From positions 53,522,831-53,586,830 of the forward strand of contig NC_068998.1 of NCBI RefSeq assembly GCF_001194135.2: a stretch of DNA of 64,000 nt. Direction: 5' to 3'. Shown here piece after piece: positions 52,660 to 64,000 of this stretch; within the stretch, counting starts at the first letter, position 1, and the number at the start of each line of letters is the position of its first letter. The stretch is from Octopus bimaculoides (Eukaryota). The notes under the pieces are model-generated. The model ran no database searches. It worked only from the letters and a program-made list of their open reading frames with translations, and was not told the DNA's origin. Position numbers and translations under genes: made by a program.

Positions 52660-52662
<3 letters not shown>

Positions 52663-52708
<46 letters not shown>
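52663..52708. repeat. (CT)n microsatellite
   Basis: Directly visible. Confidence 0.97.
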
Positions 52709-52713
<5 letters not shown>

Positions 52714-52999
52714 TTTGTTATTTTCGCTTTCGCATATTTTCCATTCTGTATTCTGCAAACTTTCTTACAGAGACAAAAATCAACAAACAAAAAAAAAGAT
52801 TAGGGTCTATATTATTAATTTTAAAAATAAAACTGGGCCAAATGATAGGACTTTCTCAATTCTTAAACAGGAACGAATTTACCAATCTAATTATCAAACG
52901 AAATGATGTATGTAGATGGAATGCATTAATTTTGATATCACCTTGTTATACAAATTATTGAACACAGTTCTCGTTAAATTTGCGATATGAAGTCTCCAT

Positions 53000-54660
53000 G
53001 AATGCGTTTGAGAATAGTTTTTCTAGAAGTGGAACTGTGACACACAAGAACCAATTTAATTTCCTGACAGATCTTACGATAGTAAATGTCATATTCATTG
53101 CAATGTATACAGAGAGATGTTTGTTTTTCATGTTTGTTGAAGTGTATGAATACAAGAAAGTCAATAGGACGTTCTTAAACTTAGTCAAATGGGATGTATG
53201 CAATATGGCATCAAATGTTTATATTCATAAATGGGAATGCTGGAAATATATTTGTATAAATAATTTATATTTATTCAAATCTTTAGGTGAAACAAATACC
53301 TTGAATACCTCAACCTTAATCCTTCACTGTCAACTAATGTCACCTCATTCGATTCACATTCAATACAATTATCCAATAATTGATTAATTATACCAGTTAC
53401 CCAAATATATTTGAACGAAAATTTCATAATGAGTGAACATTGAAATTCATCCACAGAGATTTCACAGGTTGACCAGTAAGACGATAGAGGAATTTCATTG
53501 AAGTGAAAAGACACATTAATCACAGGTATTTGTGTGATATTCATAATAACCTTACCGCCATTAGGATAACGGAAATCGTGAGCAAGAGAGTGACCGGATA
53601 TTATAGATATACAATTGTCTTCCGATTCTTCCAAAATAGTATTGGAATGCGAATAGCAATGTATTTTTGTCACTTTTTGTCATTGCACCCAATATATAAA
53701 AATCAGTAAAAGAAAAAAAACGTTGCCATCAATATATAACATGTCACATGCTGAACAGATTACAATGTAATCAATGTCAAGAGTATAAGTAATTCAAATA
53801 TTTTATCCGAGAAACATCATCTATTTTTTACTCTGCAAAAAAGAATGTCTGTTTATTTATAAGTTTGCTTTCTTCTCAGATTGCATCTATAGCATTCAAG
53901 AAATGAAGCAAATGTTTAAATGTCAAAAGCCAATATATCGTTAACGTCAGCAGACAGATTTTCTCCCTTCTTTGTCTAATACTTTATACTTCAAACTTAC
54001 AGTCGACTAAGCAGGTTATAATATAAGCTATATTCCAACAAATCAGCTGAACTGTATTATTCATTCTGTCGTTAAAAATAGAAAATGCATTCAAGATATT
54101 TTGTATGCTTATATATTTTGTAAAACACTTAAGGTTTGGGTTGCTCAATTGCGACATTTAATGGTTTTAAATTTGTGTACGTTATGTGAGAGAAGAAATA
54201 AAGGAACCGTTTAGATTTACAAATAATTGAACATCAAAAATTGGAAGTATTTTAGATTACTGGGTTATATAAAAGAGTTTGATGCCAGTCAGTATGAACA
54301 TTCACTAATCCCAGCATCAGCCATCCCATTGTTTAATACAAATCAAGTAAATAGTAAATATTCATTTTGATTGCCGAACAGGAAAAAAAACTATGGCAAA
54401 CTACAAACGAAACAACTTGTGACGTAGACCTATTCAAGTATTCGTGAAAGGCATTGAATGATTTCTTAGATTTATCATCAAGCACGAAAGAAATACCCGC
54501 AGCAATAATGGACAATATTGAAAAGGACTGCTTAGTGTCAAAGACAATGGTGATTTTTCGAAGTATATCATTAAAATGCTTCGTAAACTACATAAGTATA
54601 CGTGGTCAATATGAGGTTTGAATGACTCGAAATTTGTTACAAATTCTGAACGCATAAGAC
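53000..54660 (+). mobile_element. Possible decayed Penelope-like element or other coding relic
   Basis: Coding-like block at 53.0-53.7 kb; about 1 kb downstream, FIIKHERNTRSNN and LRKLHKYTWSI*GLND resemble the GIY-YIG end (H.RNI..N; WI..L.T..P.GLN). Confidence 0.25.
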
Positions 54661-55412
54661 ATCATTGTTTTCAAAATCAAATTAATCACGTTCGACTTCA
54701 TTGTTTAGAATCAAGACAAGTATTGATCTTATAATTAATATTTTCTGAACCGAACTCTCTGCGGCCTATTTTCTTAGCATCTACACGATATCGTGATCAA
54801 ACCGATCACAGCCCTCCATGAACTCTTTCCACATTATCCTACCGTAAATACCTTTCAGACCAAGCCCCTGACAACCAACATCTCATATGCACCAATCTAC
54901 ACCTGTTCATCTCATTGCTCTCCCTTTCTCACGCGTGCCGTCCTCCCTCTGCACACTAAATACATCCACCATTTAAGTCCTTTCCAAATTTCCAAATTCA
55001 ACATTCTTGATACTGACCTGTAGGCACGCGGTATTACATTATGCAACCATGGCAAACTACGAAGTATGCTATTCTGTGCTACTGTGCTAGCAGTTCTCTT
55101 ATATCTGTAGAATTCTCATAGAAATTGTAGCCAGCAGTTTTTGTCACTTTGAAGTGTTTGTGGTTGCATAACAAAATACCGTTTCCCTCAAGGTCATTAA
55201 CATCTACGTACCCACTTTTCGGAATTCGTTTCATGTGGAAATTGGTATATCCACTAACATTACACTACATGTGAACGCTATTTAAACAATGAGTTTCTGG
55301 TGCGTGTGTGTGTAGTTGTGTGTCTGTCTGTGGTTCTATGGTATGTGTATGTATGTATGTGTCTGTAAATATACTATGTATGTATATATGAAAATATATA
55401 TAGTATATGTAT

Positions 55413-55446
55413 GCGGTGAGCTGGCAGAAATGTTAGCACGCCGGGG
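55413..55446 (+). mobile_element. SINE family A head fragment
   Basis: gcggtgagctggcagaaatgttagcacgccggg. Confidence 0.75.
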
Positions 55447-56307
55447 TATTGGTGGTAACTCGAATCTCAAAACCACACAAATTTTATATTCAATATCCCG
55501 TATATTTAGGAATACTGAAGTTTAGTAAGAATTATCCCAATGAATCAATGCACATATCCGACACACTCATAATAACAATAATAATGTACCTCGCACCAAA
55601 AATATACTGACAAAAAACATACAATAGACACAAGAAGCGAAGGAAAAAGTATCAGGTTACAAGACAGCGTTAAAATTTTTAAAAAACCGAAATAAATTTG
55701 AGACTGTAAAAAAAAAAAATTAATGAGAAACTGTTGTCTAAAATATGTGCGTCTTATGAACTTGTTTCAAGGCCCCCAGGTGACTTTTCATGATAGAGAT
55801 ATGTACAGTGTGGTGCGTTTTTTTTTTTCTTTTCAATTCTTATAATCAACTTATGCGCATGGCTTGTGTATCATTAGGTCAATTGTTAAATATTAAGATG
55901 ATTGATGATTAAAGGCGAAAATTTCTTAAATATAACCTGCAAGCGAACAATTAGTTTACAAACAATAAAACGCTCACAAGAAGCAAAAAGAAAAATATTC
56001 CAAGCTGCTATGATATCGATATGTTGTTAAGACGAATTCTAACATCAATTTATCACACGTGACTTAATACTTTGACGTTTGACAAAGACAAAAGATTAGT
56101 GAATTACTGAATTAGTTCACTACGGCGTTAGATTTATGTAGCCTTTGACACAGAGGTGACACCATAATGCTTGTTCACTTTGTTCTTTATCTCAACGCTG
56201 CATGCTTCATAAAAGAAAAATATGTATAATGTTGAGGACAAAAATTTTATTTAACTATGTCATATTGTAGATATTGGTACGTGTATGTTTTGTATCTACA
56301 TAATGTG

Positions 56308-56383
56308 AGGCTATAGTTGAAGGCATTTGGGCAAGGAACCATGTAGTTGAGAAGCAAGCTTCTTACCTCACATCCACTATATG
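56308..56383 (-). mobile_element. SINE family B head, internally deleted
   Basis: Reverse complement gtaagaagcttgcttctcaactacatggttcc-ttgcccaaatgccttcaactatagcct. Confidence 0.7.
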
Positions 56384-56390
56384 TGTGTGA

Positions 56391-56427
<37 letters not shown>

Positions 56428-56504
56428 ACAGTGGATATGAGGTAATTTTTCACGTCACTCTTACACATATTTCCGTTTTACTTGCCCATTCATTTTCCCT
56501 CCAA

Positions 56505-56528
56505 AACCCTAACCCTAACCCTAACCCT
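56505..56528. repeat. Interstitial telomere-type repeat (AACCCT)4
   Basis: Directly visible. Confidence 0.9.
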
Positions 56529-56616
56529 ACTCCTGCCAGAGTTTAGTATTGATATGCATAAGTATGATCATCTCGGGCTTGTTATTTCTTCCCATTTTTC
56601 TCTCTCCTCTCGTTCT

Positions 56617-56658
<42 letters not shown>

Positions 56659-57129
56659 GTACTTGTAATATTCCTGTTTTGTGCGCTTCTATTCATATAT
56701 AACATGCGTTTGTGAGTGTGTATCTATAGACCCCAAAACCTTACGATATTCATGTTCAAAGTGTTTTATATTTAGCAACGCAGCAGTGTAATAATAGGTA
56801 TTAGATGACTGCTGCAGAAACCATCAAAATGCGAACACCCAAAACAGAACTTGGAACAACAATTGTGTAATGCGAAAGAAAATCTAAATCGAAATGTCTT
56901 TTTAAAAATTGTAAGAGTAAGAAAGTATTAATAATTGTTCAAAATATCAGGCTTTTACGAAATTATTTCAAGAAGTGCAACTCATTATTATAACAAAGAT
57001 ATTCGCAGTTCGTTAATTTTTTTTAAATCAGAAATCAATTAGACATATGATTAATGCTTCATTAAGTCAATTGTTATTCAGTAAGATGATTGATGACCAG
57101 AAAGATATTCCACAATAGACCTCTAATTA

Positions 57130-57295
57130 TAGGCGCATGTGAACCAGTGTGGTGACATACTTGCTCTTCCCAACCACTTGGTTTCGGTTTCAGTTGCACC
57201 ACACGGCACCTGGGGTGTCTGCTTCTATAACTCCAGGCCGAGATGTGTCTGCTGATTGAATTTGGTAGACAAGAACTGTGTAGAATCCCGTCAGA

Positions 57296-57326
<31 letters not shown>

Positions 57327-57545
57327 CTGTCCGTGTTTCTTACTCTGCACCACCGCTTGAAAACTGGTGATGGTCTGTTTACATCCCTGCAACTTAACGG
57401 CTCTGCAAAAGTGACCGATTGAATATGCAGCTGACTTTTAAAATAAAAATTACTCACTCGGGTCGATCTGTCCGACTAAACCCTTTCAAGGTGGTATCCC
57501 ATCAGGGTCGCAATCCAATGACTGAAGCAAGTAAAAATTAAAATA
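57130..57545 (+). mobile_element. SINE family B, diverged full-length copy with internal (TG)n
   Basis: Head, gaatttggtagac, (TG)n, acatccctgcaacttaacggctctgcaaaagtgaccgat, gggtcgatctgtccgactaaaccctttcaagg and tail. Confidence 0.85.
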
Positions 57546-58170
57546 CACATAGAAATAATACTGCAACAGAAAAGCCAACGTGTCAAACATGATTTACTTG
57601 GCATTTTCATTATAAATATATAAACCATATTTACATAACGTAATTAAAAATTACAAATATCATAAAAAACACTAAATTTAAAAGAGTACTTAATACATTG
57701 CCGGATTACACAAGTCAGATATTACTAAACGTCATGCAATATGGCGGCTAGTTGTGGACTTTTATAATCTGGGGTTGATATATTGCTTTTTTGGTTTGCA
57801 GATAATCTTATCGCTGCATTTTCACAAAAGAAATCAATCGTTGTTCAGTTGAGAGGAAAACAAGTTTAAACTACGCTAAATATTGAGTCATGGTGGTAAT
57901 GATAAGGATAACGCTTCAGCAAAGACGTGATTCATGGTTGAAGGCAAATGTGCTTTGTTGTGTGTGAATCGCTGCATTTGCCATGTCCAATATTTTGTAC
58001 TGAAATTTTAGCTGGCAGATTATGTGTCGGAGAAACATTATGTATGTATGCATGTATGAATGGATGTATATGTGTGTGTATGTACGTATATATATATATA
58101 TGTATGTTTGTTTATATTATGTACCTATGTATATATGTACAGCAATCCCTCACCATATCGCTATGGGAAA

Positions 58171-58259
58171 AGAGACTGGCCCAAGCGGTGCCACGCAGTG
58201 GAACTGAACCCTAAATTATGTGGTTGAGAAGCAAACTTCTTACCACACAGCCACACCTG
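58171..58259 (-). mobile_element. SINE family B head
   Basis: Reverse complement caggtgtggctgtgtggtaagaagtttgcttctcaaccacataatttagggttcagttccactgcgtggcacc. Confidence 0.85.
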
Positions 58260-58714
58260 AAGTATTTAAGAGGCTCACTTTGCAACGTGACATCTCGTCT
58301 TGGATCCTAGAACCTGACATCTTGAATATGTCATAAGTTCGAATTGAGCTTTCAACTGTGAGTGACTTCGGGGTATGTGGGAACTGTTCAGAACTGTTCC
58401 CTGCTGGGTGTGCCGAAGAATTATGGAGTGGAAGTGTCTGGGAAATCTACAATCCCTTGAAAAGGATTCAGTTGATCGAACAACCCTATCTCCATCGCTG
58501 AAACCGGCAGAGGATAATCTATATGTGCGTGGATGTGTGAGAGAGGGAGAGAAAGGGAGAGAGACAGAGAGAGAGACACTGTATATGCGTGTGAGAAACA
58601 GAGAGACTATGTATGTGCGTATGAGATAGATAGACAGCCTGTGTGGGGGTTCGGTTCTTACTCACGTGTTCGTAACACTCTCCCCAATTGCACTTTTCAA
58701 CATTGTTTCCGCTT

Positions 58715-58738
58715 CCTAACCCTAACTTTAACACTAAC
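58715..58738. repeat. Degenerate telomere-type hexamers (CCTAAC)2 TTTAAC ACTAAC
   Basis: Directly visible. Confidence 0.7.
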
Positions 58739-59004
58739 GCATTTCTGTCACTTCACACGAATTTTTTTCTTCGCTTGTTGTCTAATCTATTTCCGTCCCG
58801 CGTTTTTCATCTATTTTGTAGCCTATCTTCTTCCACGTGCATCCACAACAAACGCCCACGCCCAAATGCGTGCACGCACGCATGCACTCTTTGATCATTT
58901 TCTTCTTTTCATCTCTCTCAATCCATCTATAACGATCTTATAGCTTGCTATTTTTTGGTTCTTGTTTTATTTCCTTACTTTTCGCACAATTACGCGCGAG
59001 TGTC

Positions 59005-59006
<2 letters not shown>

Positions 59007-59068
<62 letters not shown>

Positions 59069-59096
59069 TGTGTGTGTGTGCGTGTGTGTGCGTGTG
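59007..59096. repeat. (TG)n microsatellite
   Basis: Directly visible. Confidence 0.97.
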
Positions 59097-60299
59097 AATA
59101 ACTGTGACAACCTGTAACCCCGAAATCATCAGAAATTCCTGTCGAATGGGAAGTTATATTTAGCAATGATGGACTGAAGTGATAATAGACTTAATGAACT
59201 ATTGCCACACCACAAAAGCGCAAACATAAACTACAAAGAGAAACCAAACAAGACAACCTAGTTACGATACAATTTTAACGCATCTAAATAAAATGCCCTT
59301 GTGACAATTTGAAAGAGTGAAAGTGAAAAAAAGCATCGTTCATTGTCTAATACATCAAGGTTTTCTTTTTGCATGAAATTATTTGAAGAAGCACAAATCG
59401 TTTTCTCGTAACAAGATATTCACTAAACGTTTTATTCTGACAAATGTAATTTAGACATATATTTACTGTTTCATTAGATCAATTGTTGATTGATTAGGAT
59501 GGTTGATTACCAAGAAAAAATGTCTCCGAAGTAAATATCCCAACCAGCTAAGAAATACATAAAAGAAAATGAGAAAAGCGAATGAAAAGAAAACATTTAA
59601 ATTTTGCTCACTTTATATAGACTTAGTATGACTTTATCATAAGAAAAACTGAAAAAATACTAACAGCAGGGCCAGAGACACTTCTGACATCAATTTAATG
59701 CACATGACTTGATTTATTGACAGTTGACATAAATAAGAGTTCAGGACAGAAAATGTAGAACGGTGCTTAGTTTTTTTTTTTCTTTGTTCTTTTTGTTGTA
59801 CGTTTTGTTTGTAGTAGTTTTTTTCATTTATTTTATCATTTGTTGTCATCTTATTCTCTTTGCTCATCTCACCGTCGAATATTCACAAAAGAAGTTACTC
59901 GTTTTTCATCCAGAGGACGATGTAACTATATTAAACACGGAAGTGTGTAGGTATTTGGGAGTAAGTGTATTGTGAACTTCTATTCACTAACCACGTGACG
60001 ACGGGTTCGCTTCAGCTTTGCTGCATACAGGGACAATCGTACATTTTTGTCTCGGACCGACCAATATTTTTAGTAACTGAAAATGTGTAGCGAACAAAAT
60101 GTGCGGAATACATTGTATGAACACACACGCAGATGCACACACACACGCAGATGCACACACACACACACACACACTCACACACACACACACACACACACAC
60201 AAGCACTTATTCATGTGTATGTAAATAAGTGAGTGCGCATGTGTTTCTAATTTATTCAGCTATACCCAGTAACTTAGCGGTTCAGTACGAGACAGAGCC

Positions 60300-60515
60300 A
60301 GGTGATTATTCTATGAGATCCTTTGGCTGAACCACTATTTTACGGAAGCGCAAACACACGTACAGGGCTCGCCAAGGGGTGGCGGGGGATAAACACGCAC
60401 ACTCACACACACAAGTCTTCGGTCAATCCGAGGTTACATTACAAGATACTTGCTCAAGATGTCACGAGTGGCATAGAATTCAAAACCATTTGGCCAGGAA
60501 GCACAATTATTTCTG
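60300..60515 (-). mobile_element. SINE family B-related diverged remnant
   Basis: Reverse complement atggttttgaattctatgccactcgtgacatcttgagcaagtatcttgtaatgtaacctcggattgaccgaagacttg. A short plus-strand B fragment (gtaacttagcggttc) lies at ~60268. Confidence 0.6.
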
Positions 60516-61007
60516 ATACAGAAAACACTGGAAATGAAGCAAACGTTTTATTACTAAACAATATTATTATCGCCTTTATGTAATTAAATTATCTATTAAT
60601 CTAATTTCCCGACGCCATTCAATATGTTTTAGGAACATCTTTTCATTGTAAGCTGCTTACTACGGAGTAAAGAATAGCGAACGGACATATTTCCGCTGAA
60701 GTCGTCTAAGACGGTTTAAGTTTCGTAAATGTTCCTCTTGCTTCCTCGGCCGGAGAATAAGATTACCTAACATCAAATGTGGTTTTGTTATCAACATGTT
60801 AATAATCCTAATGTTAACACAATCGCAAACGGTGCTATTCACCCTTAGTTATCTTCTTTCTTTTTTCAAATAAAATCAGTTCATAAATTGGGATTAAGGA
60901 TTGGTTAAATGGAAAATGATCCTATTGGTTACAAAACCAAGTGTCCTGTTTAGACTGAGAAACTGTAGTATGAATTTTAGCATTCACTACTGGAACAATG
61001 AATTCAA

Positions 61008-61043
<36 letters not shown>

Positions 61044-61125
61044 GTATATATATACACATGTATATATATATATATATATACATATATGTATGTATATTGT
61101 ATATATATATATATATATATATATA

Positions 61126-61252
61126 NNNNNNNNNNNNNNNNNNNNNNNNNNNNNNNNNNNNNNNNNNNNNNNNNNNNNNNNNNNNNNNNNNNNNNNNNNN
61201 NNNNNNNNNNNNNNNNNNNNNNNNNNNNNNNNNNNNNNNNNNNNNNNNNNNN
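61126..61252. other. Assembly gap (127 N)
   Basis: N run. Confidence 1.
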
Positions 61253-61408
61253 GCATATATACATGTATATATATGTATGCATATATACATGTATATATAT
61301 GTATGCATATATACATGTATATATATGTATGCATATATACATGTATATATATGTATGCATATATACATGTATATATATGTATGCATATATACATGTATAT
61401 ATATGTAT
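61253..61408. repeat. Perfect 26-bp minisatellite, 6 copies (GCATATATACATGTATATATATGTAT)
   Basis: Units at 61253, 61279, 61305, 61331, 61357 and 61383; two variant units follow. Confidence 0.95.
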
Positions 61409-61929
61409 GTATATATAAATGTATGTATATATATGTATGTATATATAAATGTATGTATATATATGTATATATACAGATATATATATATATACAGATATAT
61501 ATGCGTATATTCACACAGCATAGTAATAAAATGCAATGTGTTGCAAAATTGATGAGTTTAGGGTGATGTCTAGCCAAGTTATTATCTGGAGATTGGAGAT
61601 ATCTAGTTAATATTGATAAGTTGTATTCACCACAAATATATATATCTATTTAATAATCACTGTTCAATAAATCTACCATTATTTGGTGATTTATACAGTC
61701 TGAAGTTAGTCGATTGTGTTTATATGTTTCATGTCTTCACTTTAGAATTCGATCGCGTTTGGACATCATAGTAAATACTAGCCTTAATATATCCTGAATG
61801 TTTTTATTTGTTTATCATTATTTATCGTTTGTATATATTATGCACATACGCTGTCCCCAACACACGTTCACACAGGTGTGCCATATGTACATTTATACAT
61901 ACATCTGCATACGAATGTATGCTCGTGTA

Positions 61930-61941
61930 TAGGTGTGTGTA

Positions 61942-62007
<66 letters not shown>

Positions 62008-62090
62008 CGTGCGTATGTTTGTATGTATATATGTATACATACATTAAGAGTGATAGTTACGCATATATATATGTGTGTATATATATATAT

Positions 62091-62133
<43 letters not shown>

Positions 62134-62180
62134 CATAACTGTACATGTATAGGTATCTATATCTAAATGTATATATATAT
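61930..62180. repeat. Compound (TA)n microsatellites
   Basis: Directly visible. Confidence 0.9.
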
Positions 62181-62784
62181 GTGTCTATCCGTTTGTAGGT
62201 ATGTATATGTATACATGTGAGTATGTATGTTTTTATGTGTGTAAATTATTGTAATGTACAGCTATATCATTGTATAATTGCTTCAGATGGTCGTTGTCTG
62301 TCAGTTGTAATGTCTAATTCATATTCTGACAGGAAATATAAAACGCTTTCTTTTCCTATAATGACTAACTGGGTTTAAGTGAACGTCTGGTTATAGAGGC
62401 GTCGACTTCACTGTTGATATCGCCGGAGGTGGTATTACCTGTCGGGTGAATATCAGCAAGTTTGTTTTGCCTTCTTTTGGTTAGAAATATCGTGTAAGCA
62501 AATTTCACTCTGAACTATGAATAAAAACGAATTGAAAATCATCATTTGAAGCATACACACCGTATATTTTATCCGATGCTACAATAATATACTAATGCCC
62601 AGACGTGAACGCTGTTCGATAGAATTGCGACTCCGAAAGACCTGGTTCCTGGTTCAGTTTATTGTCCGGCTGATTTGCACTACTCTTTTCTACTTTATCT
62701 TGGTTTAACCAATCACTTGCAGGTGAAATTTGTGCCGTATATGATAGAATTGACATAATGTAGAATCAAACATTAGTATAAACG

Positions 62785-62980
62785 TTCGTTTCTAGTTTTG
62801 TCGCAAAGTCTGCGGTAGGCGATTGCATCGACCCCAGTACTTGGTTGGAAATTCATTTTGCCGATCCCGAAGGGATGAACGACAAATTCGACCTCGGCAG
62901 GATTCGGACTCAGGAGGTGAAGAACCGGAATAAATGTTGCTAAGCATTTTGACTGACGCACTAATGATTCTGCTGGCACA
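62785..62980 (-). mobile_element. SINE family A, diverged
   Basis: Reverse complement gcagaatcattagtgcgtcagtcaaaatgcttagc...gagtccgaatcctgccgaggtcgaatttgtcgttcatcccttcgggatcg...ctggggtcgatgcaatcg. Confidence 0.85.
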
Positions 62981-62994
62981 CCACTTTCACCATA

Positions 62995-63392
62995 CGAACG
63001 TCATGTAGATCGTATAGCTAACCCCAGCTCCCAATGAAATTATTAGACGATGAACTTCATCAGATAATCCGCTTCAAAGATAGTCTAAAAATTCTCGAAT
63101 GACCATCAGGCGTTTTGCAAGGGAGCAGATCATTTAGGACGGACGCTAGTGGCAATCAGGTGCCCGTAAGGAGATGCAAATCTACGGAGCTAAGAGAATT
63201 GCAGCGGTTAAGCAACGCAGACAGGCTACGAAAACGAGCGCCATCAAATCCCCAATTCCCATTTCCTGCGCATATTACCTGAAAACCTTCCAAGAGCAGC
63301 ATGACATGATCACTCACCAAGTGATTCCAAAAGCTCGACTCCAACTCCAGGATGGCTAGATCATTCTCGTCACGCAGACGGACGAAAAACGG
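62995..63392 (+). mobile_element. RTE-clade (BovB-like) LINE 3' end remnant
   Basis: LPMKLLDDEL...RFKDSLK, then QIYGAKRIAAVKQRRQATKTSAIKSPIPISCAYYLKTFQEQHDMITH (cf. E..RIAAA.QRRQARK...C..C.RTF.AQIGL.SH); short 3' UTR ending gtcacgcagacggacgaa. Confidence 0.8.
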
Positions 63393-64000
63393 GGTAAGTA
63401 AGATGCCATAACTCTATAAACACTATGCTGCTTAGTTTCCTTCAAATGTGCCGAACTAGACGTCTGGTGCACTGGTTGTTAATGCAAGTATTTCGAGTTC
63501 CTTTCAAATTCCTCTTTTCTTTAAATCATTAAATATATATGCGTGTGGCAGAAACGCAAGCCCTGTCATCAGCAAAAAAATCCAATATAGTGCTGCATGT
63601 AATTTAATCTAACTTTCTACTTAATTTTCAAAATACTAGCGATTACTATACTTAGTGGTGATTCTCATAGAATTTACTCAAGTTGAAGTCGTCCAGGCTG
63701 AGATGATTTATTTTCACATTTCCAATTTTTTGTCTCCTGTATAGTATGTTAACCAGTCTTTTTGAAATATAGAAAAAGCAACATGTTTTGAAGATATATC
63801 CGCTAAGAGTTGTATAATATACTGTTTAATGGCAAACTAATAAATGTTTGCTGTTGTATCGAACGATATTTCAAATGTCAACAAAGTGTTTCTTACAACA
63901 AGATTAATTATGAGACAACTTCTGCTGATGCAAACGTGAAACATTATCAGATAAACTATTGTCTCACCATAGGTTTCATATATATATATATATATATATA

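Noticed and set aside
53275-53673. Acetylcholine- or chemotactile-receptor-like reading of the minus ORF
   Set aside because: Cys spacing is 8 rather than 13, the FPFD and W.PD motifs are absent, and a stop precedes any transmembrane region.
59914-59960. 47-nt exon candidate DDVTILNTEVCRYLG
   Set aside because: Splice signals are good but expected by chance at this window size; the RT-like DDVTI and RYLG words are too close together to be a real RT.
1-64000. Protocadherin, C2H2 zinc-finger or other large single-exon genes; bacterial or viral insertion
   Set aside because: No long non-repetitive ORF, no cadherin or C2H2 motifs, and no gene-dense or compositionally foreign segment.

Overview
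AT-rich, repeat-dense animal genomic DNA with nine assembly gaps, most likely an Octopus draft assembly. That identification is an inference from the SINE families, the (TA)n/(TG)n density and the LINE types. I found no recognisable intact host gene, RNA gene or CRISPR array, and the window reads as intergenic DNA or a large intron. It contains about 20 copies or fragments of three tRNA-derived SINE families (A, B and C, my labels). It also holds a young 5'-truncated R4/Dong-type LINE fragment, three Tc1/mariner-superfamily remnants (mariner, Tc1, maT-like), an RTE 3' end, a Gypsy integrase tail, several very decayed Penelope-like and LINE remnants, and many micro- and minisatellites. Nearly all ORFs in the supplied track are microsatellite or N-gap artefacts. 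The most interesting observations are: (1) SINE-A target-site duplications begin with AATAT, and one target site appears to have been hit twice in succession; (2) a degenerate 37-bp-period array at 45.46-45.74 kb; (3) a candidate first coding exon with a signal-peptide-like stretch at 7.76-7.92 kb on the minus strand; (4) unclassified diverged repeat pairs and a putative MITE. I found no convincing novel multi-gene system. All alignments were done by eye, and boundaries of decayed elements are approximate.
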